DNA from: Pelomyxa schiedti | Taxonomy: Eukaryota > Protista > Evosea | Length of the DNA stretch: 44,401 bases | NCBI GenBank assembly: GCA_020536535.1 | Contig: JAHLWZ010000929.1 | Coordinates: 1-44,401 of the forward strand | Direction: 5' to 3' | In this document: one piece after another, positions 12,801 to 26,800 of the stretch | Layout of the letters: each line of letters begins with the position of its first letter | How positions within the stretch are numbered: position 1 is the first letter of the stretch | Notes under the pieces: model-generated | Seen by the model: the letters and a program-made list of their open reading frames with translations, nothing else | Databases searched by the model: none | Told to the model about the DNA's origin: nothing | Translations under genes and position numbers: made by a program

Positions 12801-15800
12801 CTGATTCTGTTAGTGGAAGTTTTTATAGTGCCATTCTCGCAATTCACAACAATTGCTTTGATGATGCTCAAGATCACATTTCCAGAACAAGGGCCATACT
12901 AGACACAAAACTCACAGCACTTCTTGGGTATTCGTCTTCTTAACCAAAAAGCACGAAATTTACACTCCTCAAGTGAGAGCTATGACAGAGCCTATAGTAC
13001 TGTTGTAATGGTGCAACAATTATCCGAACTTGAGGTTATAATGTTTTGTGCGATGTGGGTACCCTAACATCACTAGGAAGTGATAGAATACAAGAAAACA
13101 GAGTCGGAACCGAGAAGAAGCATGATAAGGGCCACCTGGGAAAAAAGACTGAAAGGGTGTAAATATGATGTGGATACGTGGCAGCAGCTTCTAAGCATTC
13201 ACACACTTGTTGTTTCTCCCCAGGTTACTCTTTTTAGTCTCTTCCTCTTCCATAAAAATATCTCAAAAGGAAAACATGGATATTTGGCTAAAGTTTGTTG
13301 GACTTTGTCGTAAAAGTGGCCAGCAGAGACTAGCTATCAAGATACTCAACCGGCTCATTGGGTACGATTTGCAGCCTGAGTGTTCAAAGCTTCCTATGCA
13401 TTATCCAAGAGTAATTTCCCATATTACTCGTAGATAAAACCACTCAGACATAACTCAGGTTGCATTTGCTTTTATCAAGACATTGTGGGCTTCCAGTGCT
13501 GTTTCCACCCAAAATAGCATCAAGGCCTTTGAGTTACTGCAGTCTTTCTCCCAAAGTATAGAAAACTCTAATGACTTACACACAAAAGGTACTAGAAACA
13601 CACCTTTCCATAAAAGGCTAATTGAATACCCCTTAGGGCATGCCTATCTCAAGCTTGGTGAATGGCAGTTGTACTTGTCACAAATACAAGAAGACTTTAC
13701 TGAAGTACATGGAAGAACAAGGCTATCTCCATCGGATGTTCACGTAAAAAATAGATTCCCCTTAACTGATGTACCTTACTTCCACATTGCTTTCTTCCTA
13801 ACCTTTCCATAGGATACTGTGGGAGAAATCTTGTCCTCCTTGAAGAATGCTATTGAGTGCAATAGCAATTGGTATAAAGCATGGCACGCATGGGCACTGA
13901 CCAATTTTGAGGTTTTTTTCCTCTTCATCCTAATTAAAATTGACACTATCCAGGTCATTTCCCATTATGAACGCCAAAACGTTCCCACTGATCGAATTGT
14001 CAGCTTCATCGTCACAGCGATTCAAGGCTTCTTCAAATCTATCGCTCTCGGACCCACGCAAACACTACAAGATGCCTTGCGGTACTTACGATGTCTCATT
14101 CCCTTCTAACTGTTTTTAGTCTTCTGTCCTTATTGTTTAAGCACGGACAAAACAAGGAAGTAGAAAGTGCCCTTATTGAGGGATTTAGTACAGTAAATAT
14201 CGATACCTGGATTCAAGTGATTCCACAAGTGGGTGAAACTTTTTTCTATCCATCAATAACTTTTTATTTGTATGATCTTTTCCAAGATCATTGCTCGCAT
14301 TCATTCCAACATTCCTTCGATCCGTCATCTTACACATGAACTTCTTACTGGTGTTGGGAAGCAGCACCCACAAGCTGTTGTTTTCCCTTTAACTGTTGCC
14401 TCCAAGGTGTTTAACATTCTCATAATAAGAAATGATGCTACTTCATTTGAGTAAAATAATACTCACGACAATGTAGTCTCAGAGCGCCGCAAGGCTGGAA
14501 GCTGCAAATAATATAATTTCCAAGATGAGAAAGCAGTCAGCCATTCTCATTGACCAAGCACTTGTTGTGTCACAAGAACTTATCAGGTTTTTTCTGTTAC
14601 TATGTTTGTTCTAACAAAACCAGAGTTGCAATTTTATGGCATGAAATGTGGCATGACGGTTTGGAGGAAGCTTCTCGTGCCTTCTATATAGAGCACAACT
14701 TGGGTGGCATGCTAGCAGCACTTGCTCCTCTTCACCAAATACTTGAACGAGTACTGTTTCCCCAGTTTTTTCCCTTTCAATCCCGTAATATTCATTAGGG
14801 ACCAGAAACACAACGTGAGAGATCATTTAAAAGCCAGTATGGTCATGACCTTCAAGAAGCCTTGGAGTGGTGTAAGGTAATTTCGGTTTCACGTTGATTT
14901 TCTCATATTGGTTTTTTGCATAGAAATATCAACGTACAAATTCTGCTGCCGACATACATCAAGCATGGGATCTGTATTATCACGTAATACAAATTGAAAA
15001 GAAAAAAACATTCTCAGTACCTCTTAGGTGTTTCGACGTATCGTCAAACAGCTACCTCAAATGACAACCTTAGAACTACAATATGTGTCGGACAAATTGG
15101 ACCAAGCAAAAGGTTTAAAGCTGGCGGTACCGGGAACTTATAGGCCTGGCGAGCCTATTATAGAAATTAAACAAGTCGCCCCAATCTTATCTGTGATTAC
15201 ATCGAAACAACGCCCCCGTAAATTGACAATGATCGGCTCCAATGACATTGAGTACAAGTTTCTCTTAAAAGGTAGTCTTGCCCCGGTTTGCCACAGTATT
15301 CTGCCCAGTAACATACTAACAGGGCATGAGGACCTACGGCAAGACGAACGTGTTATGCAGCTCTTCAGTCTTGTAAATAACCTTCTCTGCAGCAATAGCG
15401 ACACCTCCAAATCGCATCTTTCTATCCGCACATTCTCTGTTGTACCCTTATCCCACAATTCTGGACTGATAGGCTGGGTTCAGCACTCTGACACACTTCA
15501 CCAGCTTATCCGTGAATATCGGTGAAGTTTGTGTTTTTCCTCCCTTCACTAATAGCTTTGCTTTAGTGAAACTCATGAGGTTTGGCTCGATATTGAGCAT
15601 CGTTTGATGCAACAAATGGCTCCTACCTATGACAGCCTCACCTTGATACAAAAAGTTGAAGTATTCGAGTACCCCTTAAGTATTCAAGAGGGACTGGATC
15701 TTGAACGTATCTTATGGTTAAAAAGTGCAAACTCTGAGGTGAGAGGAAATAAAAATAAGGAACCCAGATGACCTCATTAAGGTGTGGCTGGAGCGGCGGA

Positions 15801-16709
15801 CCAATTATACACGTTCCATGGCTGTTATGTCAATGGTTGGGTATATACTTGGACTAGGTGACAGGCATCCCAGCAATCTCATGCTTGAACGCAATACTTG
15901 TCAAGTCATCCACATAGATTTTGGCGACTGTTTTGAAGTTGCCATGCATAGAGACAAGTTCCCAGAGCGGATTCCTTTCCGGCTTACACGCATGCTCATT
16001 AATGCCATGGAGGTCAGTGGCATTGAAGGAAACTTCCGCTTTACCTGCGAGAAAGTTATGAGTGTTCTCCGGCGTAACAAGGAGAGCCTCATGGCCGTTT
16101 TGGAGGCGTTCGTGTATGACCCACTCATCAATTGGCGGCTGTTGACCTCAAAATCTCCCAGTAACATGTTTCTCCTTGAGTGACTTTCTACTAACAAAAA
16201 TCCAAGACAAAATCAACCGACAAGCTCCAGAGGAATGGGCACCACCCACTCTTGCTGGTATCATCTTTACCAAACCACTCTGTACTAATTCCGTTTGTAG
16301 ATGGTTCCCAAAACGACACGCCAGGGCATCGCATATATGTCTCCCACGGGGACGATGATGGTAGGGAGTAACACCCTCTTAATCTCATTAACATTTTGTA
16401 GTTGCCATAAAAGAGGCAGACCACCGATCCGAAGTGTTGAATGAGAGAGCAATTTCTGTTTTGAAAAGAGTTAACCGTAAGCTGACTGGAAGAGATTTCT
16501 CGAATGATGTGCTGAATGTACACGACCAGGTGATAATTCTATCATACCATTACTTAATTTCCACCATCTCACGAACCTAAAAGGTTGACAAACTCATCAA
16601 ACAAGCCACATCCCACGAGAATCTTTGCCGGTGCTATGTTGGATGGTATGTCCTCAACACTATTTAAACGGTCACTCATTGAAATCAAACCAGGTGCCCA
16701 TTTTGGTAG
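6855..16709 (+). CDS. TOR: Serine/threonine kinase TOR (HEAT-FAT-FRB-PIKK kinase-FATC), roughly 50 short introns
   Basis: N-terminal [13 protein letters not shown]; [24 protein letters not shown]; [15 protein letters not shown] and WYKAWHAWA; [22 protein letters not shown]...[13 protein letters not shown]; kinase [10 protein letters not shown]|[35 protein letters not shown]; [14 protein letters not shown]|CPFW* with stop at 16707-16709. Confidence 0.98.
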
Positions 16710-16983
16710 TCCAAACACTGAGGCCCTCCCAACAACAACTTATGTACTAATCATCACCCAAATTGTATAGTGTGACGCGAGAAAAAACCAACCAATTAAA
16801 AAAACCTCATGTAACACATTGAGGTAGCAACATTGGCTTTCTTGCTTGAGGTGTTTCCCGAAACACCCCTTTTTTTTTGGCTTTATTCGTTTTATCAGTG
16901 TTCACTGTGTTTAATTTCCCCTAAACGAGATCTCCAAAAGAAACGACCAAACAAAAATTAAAAAAAAAAAAGAAATCACGGTG

Positions 16984-19900
16984 ATGTCGCTGCAAGAGGC
17001 GAGCTCTTTTGTTTTGAAAAATATTGGCCACTCTAAAACCAATCAACTCAGGGAGATGAGTCTGGGTTTCTATTTTGTGAGAAATTTGACTGGAACAGTG
17101 GGTGGTTTGTTCTAAGGGGCAACATGTTGTCCCTTTTTTCGAAGCCTTCTGTATGTCAATGCTTAAAATGTTTTGTGTGCTTCTTTTTTTGGATAACTTT
17201 TCATACAAACACCAGGATGGAACCCCTATGGGGGTTTTTGAGCTTGGAGAGAGTTCTACAGTCTCACAACTGTCTGACCCTCGTCACCCTTTCTGCTTTA
17301 GCCTTGTGTGCACTTTTTTTATATTGTCATTTTTGACTTGGAACCCAATGGTACACCAGAAAAATCATACCGCAGAAGGTATCTGGAAACTTGCTGCAGC
17401 AAGCAATAGGGATATGCAAAATTGGGTAAATCTATTGAAATCAAAATGCTCTCCCGTTAGACCTTTGAACCAAGAAGTGGATATTGAGTCCTTCTGGAGT
17501 TTGAATTTTGGAAGAGTTTGTCACTCCAATTATTGTAGAAGCGAACTCAAACCAAACAGCTGGATGAAATTTTGTGGAGTCAACTTATTCAAGCAATATG
17601 TGAAACAACTAGAGTTACAAACATTCCTCCAAACAAAGAGGAAGCACTATTTTGCATTGTTAACATTATATCTGACAATGGTTTCACTCCTACCACCCGT
17701 TTACATTTAATGGAAAACAGGTCTGAGCTCCAAACACACAGTAACTCGGACACTGTTTAAACTTTTTGTCAGTATATTTGGGCCCATAGCACTGTGTGTG
17801 GAAAAATGTGACAATTTTGTAAATTCCGGGTATTTCCCTCGTAGTGCAACAGTGACCTCTAAGTTGTGTCAAGTTATTTTTTTGGACATCTGACTTCACT
17901 TGAGTCGGAAGAATTACTTCGACAAGCAGGGTTGGAAATTGGAATGTTTCTATTTCGTATGAGGAGAAGGTAATGTAAACTGTGGGACTCAAATAGGCAA
18001 TAACTCTGTAAGTAGTCATCACATAGTGCTGGCATATGTGGACCCGAGCAAAATTATACGACACAATTTAGTGACTATATCAAAAAGCGAATATGTTTTG
18101 CATCCATCAGGTGGAAGTTTCAAGGTAAACAAAAGTGGGAAAACTTTCAAAATGACACCCTGGCAGCTTCTTACAGAACTTGTCACAGCATATAACCAAA
18201 GACTACTTATTCCTTTAAAAATTGACTTATTAGCTAAATGGGGCAAGGTATTCTTCCTTTCTCTTGTAACAATAGTAATTTAATTTACCCCCGAAGAACG
18301 GAAATGACACCAGGTTTATACAGAAAGTACTATTATATAATACTAAGCGCCAAAAGGAAGGTTGTTAGAGAGGAAGCCACTTCTCCTGAATTGCATGATG
18401 AAATTCTGCAGCCAAATGTGTCCGTTGCTTCACAGTCCTCCTCATCTGTGAATTCTGCTCCTCGAACTACTGCAATGAAAGCCTCCCCAAATTTGGATGT
18501 ACTTGCAGAAAGAAAGCGGATAGAGGATGAGCTCCGTGCCGCGCAAGGCCGTGCTCAAGAGCAAGCAAGGCATGTGCGCAACAAAAAAAACACATTTCAA
18601 TGGTTGACTGTTATTTATCTTTGAACAGGTTAGAACACGAAGAAAGATCCAAATCAGAGAAGGATAAACGTGAAGACCACGAAAAGATTTCAAAGTCCAA
18701 ACAACTCCAGGAAGAAACCTTACGTCTGCGCCAGGAATTATCAGAGGCTAAAACCTCGTAAGTGTTATCACAGTAATTGTTTTGTTAAGTGATCAAAAAA
18801 GTTTAATGAGGCAGCAAGCTGAAGTGTTGCGGCTTTCAAAAGAAAAAGATGCCCTCAAAGCAGCCTCGGGTGCGTACAAAGAAGACATACATATTACCTC
18901 ACATAACCGTCACCAGTTAAACCAGACCAGATAGTCAAATCTCTTGTTGCCTCTGTTAAACCGACAGCTGTTTTGAATATCAAAATCCCAGTACTTTCTG
19001 CAAGACGGTATAACGAAGTTGTATCTACTTTCATTTTTCATTAATAGAACCAGGAAGATGAAATTTGACTTGACCCATACAGTGAAAGAAGGAATGCAGA
19101 AAATTCTGCGCAATATTCCAGTTCATAACCAGGAATACCTTGGATTATTTATCAGTGCCACAGGAGTTTGGTTAAATGAAGCGCGCCCTTTAAATAGCTA
19201 TCTTTTGGTTGACGAGGTTAGTGTGAAAAATAAATAGAGTGTCTCATAAACTCAGGACAACCTGGAGCTCTGTTATAAACCAAGTGAAACAAATCCACCG
19301 TATGTAAATGTTGTGAACCAGCCTTTTGGAGAAACCGAACATGTGCTCATTGGTACCCAATTTAATCTCTTGTAGACTTCTATTTAGTTCCGTTAGACCC
19401 AAGGACAACTATACTGGGGCTCATTCAAGCACTGGAGAAAAAAGATCTATCTCAGATCCAAACTTGTTCAATTTACATTCCTGGAAATGGCCCTGATGGA
19501 CGAGGGGGAGTATTTTGTGAACCAAACCAGAAGATAACAGAATACGGAATACACGACAAGGCATCAAACTGCTGGCAGATCTTCAATTTAATGGACATTT
19601 TAGAATACAATCGAATTCAGGAGCTTTATAGGATGCTCTTTGAGTTCTCCTGAAGAAGCAGCCCAAGCGTTGCAGGCATCGAGTTCTGAATCGAGTCCGC
19701 CCCCAGCAACTCAAGCTTCTACAACAGAGAGTCCTCCGCCGCCGCCGCCACCAGGTTTTTGCCATCTCTATTGAAGAGTTACCAAGAAAAACTAGGCCCA
19801 AGAATAATTGTACCTGGTGGAGGAATTCCATTGAACCTTCTTGCTGGTAAGGCAAGCCTTAAGTCTGTCAGTACCCGAAACCCCTCTGCAACACCTTCTG

Positions 19901-21997
19901 AAAGAACACAAATTCCTCCTCCAACAGTTGAATTCGGAAGTGAGTTAAAGAATGCAATATCACGGCCCGCATTAAAAAGGGTGCGAAACAGATGGACATA
20001 TGTGTATCTTTTACACAAATAATTGTTCCAGGGTTCCAGACCTGTTTCTTCAGTGGACTCTCCAACCCCAGCAGAACCAGTAAACGATGAGCTGCTACTG
20101 AAGCTTAAAAAGTTCTTCTTTCTGTCAAAAATGAAGAGTTAATATAGATTGCAGACGTTTGGCTACAATGGAAAAACAATTTGAAGAAGCAAAATTGGAA
20201 GAATTGAAAGAAAGAGATTCCCGACTTTCTGTGCAACATCACCCCACTACATCGAATATTACAGGGACATCTTCATCTCTGCGTCCCACTCCTAATGCAA
20301 CAAAAGCAAGTAACATGACCTCTCCAGCAACACATCCAACAATGCACCCTGCCACGCATCAACCTGCGTCTACCCCATCGTCTTCATCTATGATCCAAGC
20401 ATCTTCCACTACAACACCCTCACGGACACCCTCACCAACACCCTCACCAACACCAACACCCACTTCCACGACAACTCCGCCGACCACACCAACTCCAGCA
20501 CCTACACCCACACCCACACCCACACCCACACCCACACCCACACCAACCCCATTACCCATACCCACCCCATCACAGCCTACGTTAGCTCCCACACCCACAC
20601 CAACTCCAACACAGCCTACTACTGTAAACCCTGGTACAGAAGCCGTAAGCGCAGAACCTAAACACACAGCACACACTACAGCTTCCACTTCCTCTCCACC
20701 TACTGTTGTAACTCCTATTGCGCCAAATCCCAGCATTTCCACGCCCCCAAGCACCCCACAGGTTCAACCATCACATCCAGTTGCACCCCAACCCTCTGCA
20801 GCCAGTACTCCCCATTCCACTTCTGTGCCCCCCCACCCCGAGTTCCGGCGTTCAGGTTTCAGTTTCTCTCCGTATTGCTGACCTTGACTCATTACTATAG
20901 GTCAATTTCCCACCACCAGATTAAATAAGCCCGGATTGCAAATAGGGAGACACTCTACATATATTCCTGCGACACATAGTGCATTATCAGCAAATAACCA
21001 TATGACGCCTGCCGTTTCTGTCACTCACACTGCTTTGTCAACGTCCGTAGCTCCTGTAACCGCCTCGTCTTCAGTTCCCCCATCTTTGTCAACACCATCT
21101 CACTCAAGTCCACACTCTTCACCTTCATTGGTGCCTTCAAAGGATCCACTCTCGTCTCCTTCCCTTGTACCTTCAAGCACTGGGGGAGACTCGTTGGATA
21201 TTCTGGACTCCCTCCTTGACACACTTGCAGCAGTTAGTGCAGACCCAGGTACTCACTCTTACAACTCAGTTGGTTGTAAAACTTGAAAAGACTCTGCAAT
21301 ACGGTCCCAGCAGTGGGCAAGCGACGTTTCACAGATACCTCAGTGGTGGGATACGCAGAAAAGTCTGGTAGGAAGAACAGAATCTGTATTCAGCACAGCC
21401 CAACGAGTGAAAGAGTTATTTCTGCCATCATCAGGTTAACTCTTCACTGTAATTTTTTATTCTCTCAAACAATTTTTTTTAAAAAAAAACCAAGATGACC
21501 TTGCAAGGAATTCCCAGCTTTCCGCACTCCCCACAAACCAACTACAATCCGTTGTTAACACACTTCTCTCCCTGATTGTTGAGATGCAATCAGCAACCCA
21601 GCCAAAACCCACCCACACAAACACAAACACAAACACAATCACAAGCACAATCACAAGCACAAATGCAAGCACACCAGCACCAACACCAGAACCCACAACA
21701 GAACCGGAACCAGAACCGGCAACAACAGCAACAACCATAACGACTGCCACACCAACAGAGACCACAACAACCACCACAACAGTTATACACACAGAGGAGA
21801 CACCTCCACCCACACCTATCAGTGAGGCTCCAGCCGCGGATCAGATGCAGAGCACAACACTGACCACAGAACCTCAGAAAGCAGTTGATGACTATGGCAC
21901 AATGTCAGCAGTAGGTGACCCGCAAGTGTACTACAACACTGGTGATGACCCTTGGTCCGCAGTGGACAACACAGCATGGACACCTTCTAATTTGTAA
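16984..21997 (+). CDS. Multidomain signalling/cytoskeletal adaptor: PH - SH2 - coiled coil - two talin-F0-like ubiquitin folds - Pro/Thr-rich tail
   Basis: PH: [25 protein letters not shown]...HPFCFSL...[18 protein letters not shown] (~17050-17445). SH2: [41 protein letters not shown]...IRHNLV (~17875-18220). F0-like: [14 protein letters not shown]...[23 protein letters not shown] (~19050-19280), with a second copy to ~19625. Frame continuity was checked by eye across most GT/GC-AG introns to the stop at 21997. Confidence 0.75.
20420..20625 (+). repeat. Coding CCCACA/CCAACA hexamer tandem array encoding (PT)n
   Basis: Visible runs such as cccacacccacacccacacccacacccacacc within the adaptor's Pro/Thr-rich exon. 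Confidence 0.85.
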
Positions 21998-22066
21998 GAA
22001 ATTATTCTGTTGTGAATTTGTTGGGCTTTTAAAAAAGGATTTTTGGTTTTTCCTCAGCACAACACA

Positions 22067-23713
22067 TTAGGAGAGTGCTGGCATTTTACCCTTCACCCAG
22101 TCACGAAGAAGGCAATAGGCCATTGTGTGTGGTCCGGGTATGCCAAATCCTGTAGGGGCATTCTCAGTGTTGTTTTCCCAGGCCTCCACGCCTTGCACAA
22201 CGGCATCCCTGATTGGTGTGTTAAATATAGTCGGGTATTGAATGAGTAGGGAGTGGAACCTTGGGAACCACTTAATTTGCTCCATTTCATTAGTATTTAC
22301 CGTAATGGTATCTGAACTTGCTTTAGCATAGAAACCAGCCATTATCTGAACACAGAAAGTAAGAGGGGAGTGCCATAAAAAAAAAAGGAACACCTGCGAC
22401 CCAGCAAGTGCAGGCCAAGGCTGTGAAGCATGGTAATGCACGTTCGCTGTGTCCACAATTATTCCACTTTCCTCAAGAACCTCGCGGCACGCTCCCTCTT
22501 CCAATGACTCTCCAGGCTCTACCTTGGTACAAGAAGATTAGTAATATTGAATCCCAAGACACATTGTACATAGCCAGCAAGGCAAGTAAACCTGTCTTTG
22601 GAGGTTTCAGTGAAAATCAACTCATAGTCAAGAATCTTTCTTTACCTTTAGTGTAGGTGGCCTTTCTGCCAAGGAGACACAAATTTGGGAACGTTGGATG
22701 GGTTACTATTTTGGGTTTTAGTGAGCAACTCACACAGTTCTGTAGTAGACAATTCTACCTAATATAATTGCGATGGGATCAGTCCTGGGGTAATGCTCAG
22801 ATTTACATGCATTGCATATCCTTTTTGAGCCGCCATGAGCTATAAGAGGTTGTTAATTATACATTAGAGCGTATAGAAAATAACCTGGAATTGTCCGGAC
22901 ACCACACTTGGAACAAAAAGGGAAGTTATGGTGAAAATAAAACAAGCTCTTTGTCTGAACAGTTCAAATGATGTTATAGAGGGATTGGAAAAAATATTAC
23001 TCTATTAAGAGATACAACTCAGAATTTTTCCCATCCTCTCTTTTTTCCTCCTAACTTAGAAAAGAAAGAAGAGGAGTTATCGTTACCAGTCCCATAAGTG
23101 CGGCATCGGCCATATCCCTAGAATGGCCCATTTTTGCCATCCAGTTATCAAAGAATCCCACCTCAATGTCAACATCGGCCCCTTCACCCATTTCCGCTCC
23201 CATAATTGTGTGCGGCATCCCCCCGCCCGTCACCCAGGACCTCGCGAACTCCACAGCACCCGCAGCGTTGACGGTCTGCAGTCCCACAATCGGCGCCGGC
23301 GCCCCGGGCCCCCTTATTGCCTTCCCCAGCACCAGCACCACTTCCCATAAGTCCCGCCCACCAATCTCGGCCGAGGCACTCGTCGTCGAAACCGCGGCAG
23401 TCCCCGTCGCCGTGGCCGTGGCCGTGGCTGCCGTGGCCGATGCCCCGGTCGCCACAAGCGACGCCGACACCAAGTTGGACATCGGGGCCCAGAACAGGTG
23501 CACCTGGGGGCCGCGCCCAGATTTAGATGTGCCACCACGAGGAGTTGCCACCACAAGCAGGGGAATGATGCCATTCCAAACCGTGCATCTGACCGCGTTT
23601 GGCGACGACAGCCTGGTGGCGCTGAATGTCTCCCCCTCTTCCTCTCTTTGGTTGTTCTCCCTGTCGAAGCACTTTGAAAGCCCGGAGAAAAAAACGCCTC
23701 CGTCACCGTCCAT
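22067..23713 (-). CDS. NudC/NUDT12-13-type NAD(H) pyrophosphatase / NAD-cap decapping Nudix hydrolase
   Basis: Zinc ribbon FCSKC...RICNACKSEHYPRTDPIAII; spliced Nudix box RFTCLAGY|VEPGESLEEGACREVLEESGI; SQPWP motif; IMAGFYA; C-terminal IPGPHTMAYCLL. Confidence 0.9.
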
Positions 23714-23846
23714 GTTAACGATGTTTACAAAATTCGAACAGAAATTGGAAACCCGTTGTAACGAGGAAAGGGTTGGAAACTGTTTTTAGGTTGCCAACAA
23801 TACGGTGTGAATGGATTTTAGTTTGTATATACTATGTGGGGTTTAT

Positions 23847-26800
23847 TCACCACCTGAACTTGGATAGTGCTTGGAATAGACTGGATTTGCCAGACCATAG
23901 CTCACACAAGGATGACCAGTCATCCCCAAAGAGGTCATGCAAAGTACTGAGAGGAGCTATGCACACATTAATTCCGGGTCTCTATTTTGGAGAATTGGTA
24001 AAAGTAACTCCAAAGGTTTACAAACCGAGAATTGACTGGAGCCGACCAATGTGGGAGCGGAAATGAATAGAATAAGAATCTTCGTCGATTGTGGATACTG
24101 TTCCCAGAGCTTGGCAATGGCGTCAACACATACTGTAATAGTAGTAGACATTTGTGGAGGAGTTGTGGTTGAAGAGAATGGGGGAATGAAAGACATGGCA
24201 AGGCATGCGTTGTTTGCAGTAAGGTACTGAAACGTCACCGCCGGAGGTGATAACTCAGGGTCAAAGGCTGCCAAGCACCCGACTTTTTGGCTGATATCTG
24301 GCATGGAGCATTTGATGACAGGTTGTGGGTCGCTGCTTACAATTGAAGAGATTGAAACATATTCAGGTGAGACACAACTTTTATCAGTGGATGGGGGTCT
24401 AATGATGGCTGTGGGACTGTTGGCGTTGAGGTGAAGCGGAATCTTGTCTAGGTTTGGATCTTTCAAAGAGGGAAACAGATTGGCTAACATGAATTTAAGA
24501 AGAAGAAAAGACCTAGTTGCATGAAGAAGCATACCGATAGTTACAGCTTCACTGGGTGGTTGTAAAAGTCCCTTTATGGAAGATAAAATTTGGGCTTGTA
24601 TGAAAGTGCCAATAAGTTCGGAATAGGAGAGCAGCCACTGGTTGTTTGTAAGACAAAAAAACGATGTAGGAAAGAAAACCTTTTTTGTTGCTGTGCACCG
24701 TCTTATAATTGCTTGTAAGCCAGGCTTATTTGCAATGTTTACTTGTTTCAAATCCATCGCAGATATCACAATCTTCATTCCACCAGGTAGATTATTGATT
24801 GGTGCAGAACTAAATCCCATATACGAAACTAAGTCCAAAACGAAGTATTGTTTGCCACAAATACTGACCTAGGGAACTGAATTTAAAAGTCAAATGAATA
24901 TTAACTCACCTGAGTGGAAATATTGTAAGGTGTTGCAGTTAATCCTGCAACGACAAGAGCACAAAACGGACTATAGAATGGATCAGATTGTGAAGGTTCA
25001 TAAAGCCAACCAAGCGGAATATGTTTGAGACGTTCCCATAAAAGTCCATTAGCCACATTTTTTTCCACCCACTCCAGAGTGACTTCATGTGCTTTGTCGC
25101 CATTCAGTGCGGTATCCGAACTTAAGATCCTAGAAGACCATACTTCTCGTAGTATGTATCGTACAGCAAGAGGCAGCCCACCCGTAGTATCGTAGACGAA
25201 GTTTGATAATGTTGCAAGTGCATTGAATTGGAGAAACGAACGAAAGGATGGCGGGGTATTACTGCAGAACCCCATCTCATTGGCAAGTGTACTTTTTGTT
25301 TCAAGAATGCGTGTGAAGTCAATTGTTGTGAAGATATGACAAGGAAAGAGTGGAGGAAGAGTAATATGAAGAAGATCGCCTGGGGGTGTAATGCCTGGCA
25401 ATACATGCGACGATAATAATGGAAGCTCCGGTGATGTACTGCTGCAATAGACGAAAGCATTTCTAACAAGAACAAGGCGATGAATCTGATTCGACATCAT
25501 TACAACGATTAATTCATGAATTAGATACCATCTCCCAGAAATGATATTGTCGGATCAACGAAGGTACACTAGTACCACAAAGCTCCAGTGTAACACGAGT
25601 TGTGGCTAACGGTGTACTCAATTTCGAGAAATATATGTCAAAGTACTGGCTGTTGAGATGCTGCAAGTTCTTAAAATGAAGAACTAACGGCTTATTTTTG
25701 GCAATTTTCTCGATGACAGCAGTCATCTCCCTAGTGAGGAGTAGGTTTATTACGAAAAAAAAAAAGGAGCACACATGTTGTCAATGTGAGCTGGAAGAGG
25801 AATCTTGCCAATGTGTGACAATTGCTGAAATACTGCTGCACGAACTGCGAACATCAGATTTTCAGCACAACATGACATATCTTTGAGGTCGATACATACA
25901 TATGTTGAGGAGAAAATTCTGCATGAAGGATAAGAATATTCATCCTGCACAGAAAAAACACTTACATGCTAAGTGGATTTGAATATGTTGGAAGTTGTTC
26001 AAGTAGGGAAGCCTGTAAGTACTCGGGAATGTTTGCAAGATACTTCGCGAGAGTAGTTTTTCCAGAACCAGAGCGCTGCACGCATGCTACTAGTATTCCT
26101 CGACCAGGGTTATTCAGATTTTTGCACCAAGCTTTAACAACATCCAATACAACTTGATCAAATCCAACAACCGCCAAATCCTCGGGAAAATCCAGGATAT
26201 CATGCACAGAGGGTATAGGAGGTGGATCAGTTGCCGAATAGGGTCCACTGTTTACGGTGAATTAGTAATTCCTTGCTGAAAGGGATATGACCTTGTTTGA
26301 AGTGACAATTCAGTATACCTTTCCCTCGGTTGTACTTGATTGGATGCACAAGTTTCTGTCTTTTCAGTGGCATTACCAACGGCACCAGTGGATATCTCGG
26401 GTGTGGTGGATTTTAAAGAGAGTTTACTGCCAACGTCAACGCATGGAACTCGCTGGAACTGGGAACCCCTCTGCGCTTCATACTGTATCATATCTTTCTC
26501 CCATTGATCTTTAGCAAGTTTCGCTTCGTAATAGTATTTCTATTGAAAAGGTTATTTGGCACAGGCAGTGGGAAGGTCACACCTCTTTCTGGTTCGCAGG
26601 CAGAGCATGCCACCTCTTGGCTACTTCCTGGATTACATCCCTTTGCAAGGTTCCGCCACTAAAACCTGATGCCATAAGCTCAGAGCGAATCACAGGTTGC
26701 ATGGCTTTGCTGAATAAGAGGTAGGCAGCAAGAGGCCTTTTTGGAGCGGACTACAAGAGACTCTCAAAAAACATATGTAACATTAAAGGAACATACATCA

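Noticed and set aside
6855-16709. Fragmented TOR ORFs as a pseudogene or alternative genetic code
   Set aside because: The breaks examined all resolve with short GT/GC-AG introns restoring conserved motifs, and genes end on TAA, TAG and TGA normally.
20420-21800. CCCACA/ACAAAC arrays as telomeric or CRISPR-like repeats
   Set aside because: They are degenerate at third codon positions and encode PT/TN tracts in frame; there is no repeat-spacer structure.
22067-22085. Peroxisomal PTS1 on the NudC-like protein (as in NUDT12)
   Set aside because: The C-terminus reads MPALS, which is not an SKL-type signal.
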